Below the pieces are notes generated by a model. The model was not told the DNA's origin. It did not search any database and worked only from the letters and a program-made list of their open reading frames with translations. Shown piece by piece: positions 57,223-64,000 of a DNA stretch of 64,000 bases; the stretch's first letter is position 1, and every line of letters starts with the position of its first letter. Position numbers and translations under genes: made by a program. Origin of the DNA: an uncultured Flavobacteriaceae bacterium (GTDB lineage Bacteria; Bacteroidota; Bacteroidia; Flavobacteriales; Flavobacteriaceae); assembly GCA_938029725.1 (NCBI GenBank), contig CALHGE010000027.1, forward strand, positions 8,592 to 72,591. Reading direction: 5' to 3'.

Positions 57223-59628
57223 ATGAAGAAATGCACTATTTTCCTTTTCTATTTTTTTTGTATTTCAACAAATTTATTTTCACAGGAATATAAGCTTATT
57301 GGAAGCGTATTAGATTCAGATGAAGTGCCTATTGTTTTCGCAAATGTTTTGCTTTTGAAAGCCACTGATTCCACCATCATAAACGGAACTTCTACAGACG
57401 ACAAAGGCGTTTATATTTTCAACAGCATTACAGCGGGTAAATACCTATTAAAAGCGAGTTATATTGAAAATGTTTCCGAGATGAAACCAATCACTATGTC
57501 TTCTGATTTTGATGCGGGTGTATTGATAATTTTAGCGTCACAAGCGCTAGATGAAGTAGTCGTTAGCTATGAAAAGCCAAAACTCGAACGAAAAGTAGAT
57601 CGCTTGGTTTTTAATGTTGAAAACACAGCACTTGCTGATGGTAATATCTGGGAGCTCTTAAAGCAAACCCCAAATGTTAATGTTGTGAACAACGTGCTTA
57701 GCATAAAAGGCAGTGGTAATGTGGGTATTTTGATTAATGGTCGCAAAGTGAATTTACCAGAAGCCGATATTATCAATTTACTTTCGGGCTCTTCAGCTAG
57801 CAGCGTTGAAGCTGTTGAGGTAATTACGAACCCCCCATTAAAGTATAGTGCAGAGGGCGGAATGCTCATTAATATTAAAATGAAAAAGAATTTGATAGCG
57901 GGGTATAATGGCGCCGTCTTTAATAATTTTACACAAGGTGTTTTTGCAAAAAACACGATGGGTACTGATCATTTTTTTAAAGGAAAGAAAACGAGCTTCT
58001 CTGTAAATTATAGCTTTACTGAAGACAAAAGAATTTGGAGATATACCGATATAACGAACTTTTCAGGAAATGGAAGCCCTGCCTCCATTTGGACGGCTAA
58101 TCAAGATTTAACGTCGAGAAGAAAAAGACACAATGTAAATGCCTTCTTTGATTATGATATTGACGCTAAAAACGCCTTAAGCATATCTACAATTAATGTG
58201 TTTAACCCCCATGTGAATATATTTTCTTTAAGTGAAACGGTAATTGAAGATTTGGAAGGAAGTACACTTTCAAGTTTTAATACCATCAATGATGCAAATC
58301 GAGAACAAGTCAACACCTCTTTTTATGCTGATTGGGTGCATAAGTTAGAGAAGGAGGGAGCCGAAATTTCTGTAGGAGGTCATTATACTTTTTATGATTC
58401 AAAAAGAGGACAGGAGTTGGACACTGATTTCTTTGATAGGAACGGTGATCAAACAGGTGTAAACGATTTTATAACCCAATCTGACCAAAAAATAAATCTG
58501 TATAGTATTGAAACGGATTATATCACTCCGTTGGGAAAATCAACACGTTTGGAAGCCGGGCTCCGCTATGCAGGTATTAGCTCTGAAAGTACAATTTCTC
58601 AAGTGGGCTTTGATAGAAGCCAGCCAGGAATCAACCCAACCGAAGCTGGCGTATTTATCTATGACGAATCTATTTATGCTGCGTATACCAGTATGAATAG
58701 TACATGGGATATGTGGAGCTTAAAAACAGGGCTACGAGCGGAGTATACTCAAACCATAGGAGAACTAGATACGGATATTGAGGCATATGAAAACTCGTAC
58801 TTAAAACTATTTCCTTCAGTTGCCGTGCAGTATACACCCAGTAAGAAGCATCAATATCAATTTTCTTATTACCGAAGAATTGATCGTCCTAGATATAGCA
58901 ATATCAATCCTTTCCAAAATTTTCAAAGTAATAATTCTGTTGCAGAAGGCAACCCAGGTTTGTTGCCTGGCATCCGCAATTGGGTTTCAGTTGAATATAC
59001 CCTTGATCGTGATTATACTTTAGCAGTGTTTTATAATGCATGGAAAAACCCCTATCGGCAACAGGCCTTTCAAGACAATCAAAATAATTTACTCCGCTTT
59101 ATTAGCACGAACTTGGACTCAAATTTAAACTACGGAATTGACTTTACTATAAATAAAGATATTTCAAGAGCATGGGATTTTTACTTGTTTTTATCCGCCT
59201 ACAGTAATGACGAGCGTTTTGAGGATTTAGATACAGGGCGAATTTTAAGTAATAGTATATGGAGTGGGTTCATTCGGGTAAACAATAGTTTTACCCTTCT
59301 GCAAGATCGAAGCTTATCAGCAGATCTCATTTTTGCGTATTATGCACCAAGGGTACGAGGAAATTCGAGAAGAGCATCCTTTAACCGATTAAATTTACGT
59401 TTTAGAAAAACACTTTGGAGCAAGAATGCAAGCGTTTCATTAGGTATTGAAGATATTTTCAATCAAGGAGATCAGTTTACCTCCCGACAATATCTCAATC
59501 AAAACAATTCAACATTATATCGTCGCGAAAATAGATTACTAAGTCTTGGTTTTCGGTACAAGTTTGGAAATGCCCGTATCAAAGGGAATAAAAAATCAAA
59601 ACGTGTTGAAGAGCGAAAGAGAATATAA
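57223..59628 (+). CDS. TonB-dependent-receptor-like outer-membrane beta-barrel protein with N-terminal carboxypeptidase-regulatory-like domain
   Basis: 801 aa. Signal peptide, then GSVLDSDEVPIVFANVLLL..TDDKGVYIF (CarboxypepD_reg-like), a plug-like segment (...LLKQTPNVNV...ILINGRKV...VEAVEVITNPPLKYSAEG), a long beta-strand-rich barrel, and an aromatic-rich C-terminal strand ...LSLGFRYKFG. Confidence 0.8.
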   Translation: MKKCTIFLFYFFCISTNLFSQEYKLIGSVLDSDEVPIVFANVLLLKATDSTIINGTSTDDKGVYIFNSITAGKYLLKASYIENVSEMKPITMSSDFDAGVLIILASQALDEVVVSYEKPKLERKVDRLVFNVENTALADGNIWELLKQTPNVNVVNNVLSIKGSGNVGILINGRKVNLPEADIINLLSGSSASSVEAVEVITNPPLKYSAEGGMLINIKMKKNLIAGYNGAVFNNFTQGVFAKNTMGTDHFFKGKKTSFSVNYSFTEDKRIWRYTDITNFSGNGSPASIWTANQDLTSRRKRHNVNAFFDYDIDAKNALSISTINVFNPHVNIFSLSETVIEDLEGSTLSSFNTINDANREQVNTSFYADWVHKLEKEGAEISVGGHYTFYDSKRGQELDTDFFDRNGDQTGVNDFITQSDQKINLYSIETDYITPLGKSTRLEAGLRYAGISSESTISQVGFDRSQPGINPTEAGVFIYDESIYAAYTSMNSTWDMWSLKTGLRAEYTQTIGELDTDIEAYENSYLKLFPSVAVQYTPSKKHQYQFSYYRRIDRPRYSNINPFQNFQSNNSVAEGNPGLLPGIRNWVSVEYTLDRDYTLAVFYNAWKNPYRQQAFQDNQNNLLRFISTNLDSNLNYGIDFTINKDISRAWDFYLFLSAYSNDERFEDLDTGRILSNSIWSGFIRVNNSFTLLQDRSLSADLIFAYYAPRVRGNSRRASFNRLNLRFRKTLWSKNASVSLGIEDIFNQGDQFTSRQYLNQNNSTLYRRENRLLSLGFRYKFGNARIKGNKKSKRVEERKRI

Positions 59629-59719
59629 GTCGGCCTTAAACTCGCCTATTAGACGTCCACAAATAGTACGAGGTGTCCATTGAATTTGGTGTCAAATAGA
59701 AAGGGTTTAAAAGTAATTT

Positions 59720-60826
59720 TTATTCCTGCCATTCGGCAATGAACAAATTGGTGTCTCGCGTACCACCATTATTACGGTTGCTCGAAAAGGCTAAGTATTT
59801 GCCATCATTTGAAAATACAGGAAAGGCATCAAAGGTTTCTCCATGTGTAACGCGCTCTAGGTTTTTACCATCGATATCGATGAAATAGAGGTTAAATGGA
59901 AACCCTTTATCCGCTTCAAAATTACTTGAGAACAAGATCTTATTTCCGGAAGGATGAAAAAACGGACTCCAGTTTGCATTTCCTAAAAAGGTAAGTTGCT
60001 TCATTTCACTACCATCTGCATTGCATATAAACAGCTCCATTTCGGTAGGCTCTACCAACCCGTCAGCCAATAGATCTTTGTATTTTTTGATTTCTTGCTC
60101 AGTTTTTGGGCGAGATGCTCTAAAAATTAATTTTGTGCCATCAGGAGAGAAAAAAGCACCACCATCATAGCCTAATTCATCTGTGATTTGTTTGACTCCT
60201 GAACCGTCTAAATTCATAGTATAAAGCTCAAGATCTCCGCTTCTATCTGAGGTAAAAACAATTTTATCGCCTTTGGGTGAAACCGTTGCTTCGGCATCAT
60301 AGCCTTTTTCATTTGTTAATTGTGCGGTGATATTGCCCTTTAAATCAGCTACAAAAATATCAAAGGAATCGTATACTGGCCAAACGTAATTTCCGTTTTT
60401 GCGTAAAGGCACTTCGGGGCATTCTTTATCCACTAAATGAGTAGAGCCATATATATAGTGCTTGTTATCGGGCAGAAAATAGGCACAGGTCGTTCTCCCC
60501 ATTCCTGTGCTAACCATAGGTGGTTTTTTGTCTTTGAAGCTCTCTTCTATATTCATTAAGAACATCTGATCGCACTCCAAGCCCCAAGCTTCATTGTTCG
60601 ACTGAAAAATCATTTGTTTGTCATCCCAGCTCCAATAGGCTTCTGCATTGTCGCCGCCGAAAGTTAGCTGTCTAATGGATTTAAAATATTTTTCCTCAGG
60701 ATAAATAAGCGTATCGCTTCCGGCCATTAAAGAAGTTTCTTTTTCTGTTGTTGGCACTATTTTTTTTGGGTCAGACTTACAGCTGACAAACATGATTATC
60801 GCTAGAATCAGTACTACTTTATTCAT
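59720..60826 (-). CDS. TolB-like periplasmic beta-propeller protein (PD40/WD40-like repeats), lipoprotein
   Basis: The Met at 60826 gives MNKVVLILAIIMFVSC (lipobox). Repeated PD40 motifs follow (SPKGDKIVFTSDRSGDLELY, FSPDGTKLIFRASR, FSNDGKYLAFSSNR). The ORF is open to 60859. Confidence 0.8.
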   Translation of the reverse strand: MNKVVLILAIIMFVSCKSDPKKIVPTTEKETSLMAGSDTLIYPEEKYFKSIRQLTFGGDNAEAYWSWDDKQMIFQSNNEAWGLECDQMFLMNIEESFKDKKPPMVSTGMGRTTCAYFLPDNKHYIYGSTHLVDKECPEVPLRKNGNYVWPVYDSFDIFVADLKGNITAQLTNEKGYDAEATVSPKGDKIVFTSDRSGDLELYTMNLDGSGVKQITDELGYDGGAFFSPDGTKLIFRASRPKTEQEIKKYKDLLADGLVEPTEMELFICNADGSEMKQLTFLGNANWSPFFHPSGNKILFSSNFEADKGFPFNLYFIDIDGKNLERVTHGETFDAFPVFSNDGKYLAFSSNRNNGGTRDTNLFIAEWQE

Positions 60827-60861
60827 AGGATGCTTAATTTTACATAAAACTACATCCAAAA

Positions 60862-62085
60862 ATGCTAAAGATTATTTTTATTTCGTTTTTTTTATTGGCA
60901 ATAGTATCCTGTACAACAGAAAAACAAAAGGTAGTCTCATTAGAAGAAGATGCTACTTTTTTGGCTAGCGATAGTTTAGCAGGTCGTGAAACGGGTACAC
61001 CTGAAGAACTTATCGCTGCGAATTACATCCAAAACCGAATGCGAAATTTAGGCCTTCAACCAAAAGGAAATGGAGGAACCTATTATCAAACTTTCACTTT
61101 TAAACCCAAAATTAATCCACATTCTCAAGCACAGTTTGCTTCAGGAGACAGTACCCTAACAGGAACAAACGTCATTGGTTATATTGATAATAAAGCAGCG
61201 AGAACAATAGTTGTTGGAGCACATTACGATCATTTAGGCATGGGTGGTGAAGGTTCTTTATATCGAGATGGTGAAGCTATTCATAATGGAGCTGACGACA
61301 ATGCAAGTGGCGTAAGTGTGTTACTACAACTAGCTCGAAAACTAAAAGATACTCTCAATGGAAGCAATTACCTCTTTATAGCTTTTTCTGGAGAAGAAAT
61401 GGGTTTGCTAGGCAGCAATTACTTTACTAAAAACCCAACTATTGATTTGTTAAAGGCGAATTATATGATTAATATGGATATGGTAGGACGACTTCGTGAG
61501 GATAAAACATTATCCATAAGCGGAACGGGTACCGCAGCAATTTGGCCTCAGGTTTTGAATAGCTCAAATTCAGTATTTAAACTGGTAATGCAAGAATCGG
61601 GCGTCGGCCCATCAGATCATACTTCCTTTTATCTGCAAGATATTCCTGTTTTACATTTTTTCACAGGGCAACATGAAGACTACCATAAACCTGGCGATGA
61701 TTCTGAAAAATTGAACTACCAGGGTATGGAAATGATTTCCAATTACATTTATGAAATCATTAAAGAATTAGACGATAGTGCTAAACTAGTTTTTAAAAAA
61801 ACAAAAAATGAGAGCGAGGAAGTTCCGCGATTTAAAGTAGCATTAGGTGTTGTGCCTGACTATCTTTTTGATGGCAAAGGCATGCGAATTGATGGTATCA
61901 GTGAGGATAGACCAGCCCAGAAAGCAGGCTTGCAAAAGGGCGACGTTGTTATTCAATTGGGAGATAGCACAGTGGTTGATATGATGAGTTATATGAGAGC
62001 ACTTTCGACCTTTGAAGAAGGGAACGCTACTAAGGTAATTGTAGATAGAAAGGGAGAGAAGATAGTGGCAGATATTGTTTTTTAG
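60862..62085 (+). CDS. M28-family metallopeptidase with C-terminal PDZ domain, lipoprotein
   Basis: 407 aa. Lipobox ...LAIVSC and M28 metal-ligand contexts (GAHYDHLG, GADDNASG, SGEEMGLLGS, NMDMVG, SDHTSF). The C-terminal PDZ is ...EDRPAQKAGLQKGDVVIQLGD. Confidence 0.85.
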   Translation: MLKIIFISFFLLAIVSCTTEKQKVVSLEEDATFLASDSLAGRETGTPEELIAANYIQNRMRNLGLQPKGNGGTYYQTFTFKPKINPHSQAQFASGDSTLTGTNVIGYIDNKAARTIVVGAHYDHLGMGGEGSLYRDGEAIHNGADDNASGVSVLLQLARKLKDTLNGSNYLFIAFSGEEMGLLGSNYFTKNPTIDLLKANYMINMDMVGRLREDKTLSISGTGTAAIWPQVLNSSNSVFKLVMQESGVGPSDHTSFYLQDIPVLHFFTGQHEDYHKPGDDSEKLNYQGMEMISNYIYEIIKELDDSAKLVFKKTKNESEEVPRFKVALGVVPDYLFDGKGMRIDGISEDRPAQKAGLQKGDVVIQLGDSTVVDMMSYMRALSTFEEGNATKVIVDRKGEKIVADIVF

Positions 62086-62172
62086 TCATAGCTCAAAGAG
62101 TAGACTTAACCGAAAATCTTTCGTACTTCTATACATTTCGCCGCCGCTCAATGTGACATACTAGATTTTCCT

Positions 62173-62180
62173 TAAATTTG
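62173..62180 (+). promoter_or_regulatory. Putative -7 promoter box of dusB
   Basis: TAAATTTG matches TAnnTTTG and lies 26 nt upstream of the ATG at 62206. Confidence 0.45.
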
Positions 62181-62205
62181 CATCCTTAAAAAATAAAATA
62201 GGCAA

Positions 62206-63204
62206 ATGCCAAAAATAGGAGATATACAATTACCTGATTTTCCATTGTTGCTTGCACCGATGGAAGATGTAAGCGACCCCCCTTTTCGAGCCTTATGCAA
62301 AGAGCAAGGCGCAGACGTCGTGTATACGGAGTTTATTTCTTCAGAAGGGCTTATTCGTGATGCGGCTAAAAGCGTCATGAAGCTTGATATTTATGAAAAG
62401 GAACGCCCAGTAGGTATTCAGATTTTTGGAGCGAACCTAGACTCTATGTTGAGGTCTGTTGAGATTGTAGAGAAATCAGGTCCAGATATTATTGATATCA
62501 ATTTTGGTTGCCCAGTGAAAAAAGTAGTGAGCAAGGGCGCTGGAGCTGGAATTTTGAAAGATATTGACTTAATGGTTTCTTTGACAGAAGCTATGGTAAA
62601 ACACACCAAACTACCTGTAACCGTAAAAACACGTTTGGGCTGGGATGAAAATTCCATAAAAATTGTTGAAGTTGCGGAACGTTTACAAGATGTAGGTTGT
62701 AAATCTATTGCTATTCATGGGCGTACCCGCGCACAGATGTATAAGGGTGATGCTAATTGGAAGCCAATTGCAGAGGTAAAGAACAATCAAAGAATGCACA
62801 TACCCGTTTTTGGTAATGGAGATGTAAATACGCCTGAGGCTGCAATGAAAATGCGAGATGAATATGGTCTAGATGGAGCTATGATTGGCCGCGCAAGTAT
62901 TGGAAACCCTTGGTTTTTCAAAGAAGTTAAGCACTATTTTGAAACGGGTACCTATGCCACACCGCCGACGATGACAGAACGAGTAGATGCTGCTCGGCGG
63001 CATTTGCAAATGGCCATTGATTGGAAAGGTGAAACGCTAGGTGTTTTTGAAACCCGTAGGCATTACACTAATTATTTTAAGGGCATTCCTGATTTTAAGC
63101 CTTACCGTATGAAAATGGTAACTAGTGATGCCTCTATCGACGTTTTCTCGGCATTTGATGAGGTCTTGGAGCGGTTTGGAGATTATGAATTCGCAACTCA
63201 TTAA
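62206..63204 (+). CDS. dusB: tRNA-dihydrouridine synthase
   Basis: 332 aa. LAPMEDVSDPPFR, DINFGCPVKKV (catalytic Cys), ...IHGRTRAQMYKG.ANW..., typical of the Dus family. Confidence 0.92.
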   Translation: MPKIGDIQLPDFPLLLAPMEDVSDPPFRALCKEQGADVVYTEFISSEGLIRDAAKSVMKLDIYEKERPVGIQIFGANLDSMLRSVEIVEKSGPDIIDINFGCPVKKVVSKGAGAGILKDIDLMVSLTEAMVKHTKLPVTVKTRLGWDENSIKIVEVAERLQDVGCKSIAIHGRTRAQMYKGDANWKPIAEVKNNQRMHIPVFGNGDVNTPEAAMKMRDEYGLDGAMIGRASIGNPWFFKEVKHYFETGTYATPPTMTERVDAARRHLQMAIDWKGETLGVFETRRHYTNYFKGIPDFKPYRMKMVTSDASIDVFSAFDEVLERFGDYEFATH

Positions 63205-63290
63205 AAGAATTGCCTTGTTGATTTGGCCTTCGGGGTGTTTTTGTAGCATAGCGCTACCCGCTAGAAATTATAATTTATTTGCCAAATACC

Positions 63291-64000
63291 TTAGGAGCTT
63301 ACCAACTTCTCATTTATTCTACTACTCGCAATTTTAGAAGCGATTATTCCTAGAACCATAATCGTTGCTAAGACGATAAGTATATTGGAAACATTCAATT
63401 CAACGGGGTAGTTGATGGATCCAATTTTTACCCAACCAAATAGCAGCTGTGAACCAATGAGCAGCGCCCCTAAAAGCACTCCAATTACGCCGCCTATTGT
63501 TGTAACCAAAACACCTTGCATAAAGTAAATACGACGCAGCGCTTTAACCGTGACACCTAAATTATATAAGGTTCTTGAGTTTTGTTGTTTGTCTAAAATC
63601 ATCATAATGATTGCGCCTACGACGTTAAAAAGGGCTATGATTAAAACCAAGGTAAAAATAAGATAGGTCGCCACCTGCTCTGTGTTCAGCATTCGGTAAA
63701 GTGTACCGTTTAATTGCTCTCTGTTTTTTATAATTACAGCACCTTCAAAAACAGTGCTTATCTTAGATCGAACTGAAGTTACATCCGTTTCAGGCTTTAG
63801 TTTGAAGTTTATACCAGACACCTGAGTATTGGTTTTTTCAAGAAGTGCCTGTGCTAATTCTAGGTCTATAAAAATATATTTATTATCAAGATTTTCTTCG
63901 ACCTGAAAAACACCGCTAATGATCAAAGGCAACTCATTATACAGTTCTGTAGTAGGTGATTGTATTGAAATTGACCCTTTTGAAGGTTTTGGCGCTAGAA
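63291..64000 (-). CDS. FtsX-like ABC transporter permease (LolE-like), 5' end beyond the window
   Basis: The C-terminal three TM helices have the FtsX-family pattern (...ATYLIFTLVLIIALFNVVGAIIMMILDKQQ...LYNLG...). The reading frame stays open upstream of the reported TTG at 63932 all the way to position 64000, so the gene is truncated by the window edge. Confidence 0.8.
   Translation of the reverse strand, partial: LAPKPSKGSISIQSPTTELYNELPLIISGVFQVEENLDNKYIFIDLELAQALLEKTNTQVSGINFKLKPETDVTSVRSKISTVFEGAVIIKNREQLNGTLYRMLNTEQVATYLIFTLVLIIALFNVVGAIIMMILDKQQNSRTLYNLGVTVKALRRIYFMQGVLVTTIGGVIGVLLGALLIGSQLLFGWVKIGSINYPVELNVSNILIVLATIMVLGIIASKIASSRINEKLVSS

Overview
This window is a chromosomal segment from a Bacteroidota, most likely Flavobacteriia-like, genome. 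The evidence is T9SS components, TAnnTTTG-type promoter boxes, no obvious Shine-Dalgarno dependence and AT-rich DNA. Most of it is densely packed housekeeping and envelope genes: gltX, glnS, folB, tRNA-Cys, rnr, rpiB, rnpA, lepA, dusB, a run of secreted peptidases, ion transporters, and a partial FtsX-like permease at the right edge. The one clearly accessory block lies at about 4.9-26.4 kb. It consists of two tandem type IX secretion cassettes, each made of a surface protein with a type-B C-terminal sorting domain followed directly by a PorP/SprF-like outer-membrane partner. The second cargo is an intact 14,478-nt ORF (4,825 aa) encoding a SprB-like giant adhesin. It is built from tens of Cys-bracketed Ig-like modules, contains two internal segmental duplications, and carries a 207-aa jelly-roll-like domain in only one copy of a duplicated super-module. 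Four observations seem most worth follow-up. (1) The first PorP/SprF partner is fused to a coiled-coil/low-complexity linker and two SPOR-like repeats. (2) An ~80-nt cis-element with identical motif spacing lies upstream of both cargo genes. (3) About 1.4 kb of ORF-free DNA separates the cassettes. (4) A 620-bp AT-rich divergent intergenic region between rnr and rpiB carries repeated TTATC(A/C)AC-type DnaA-box-like motifs and is a weak oriC candidate. I saw no rRNA, CRISPR array, transposase, integrase, prophage or recognisable defence system. All family assignments come from reading motifs by eye; no searches were run.
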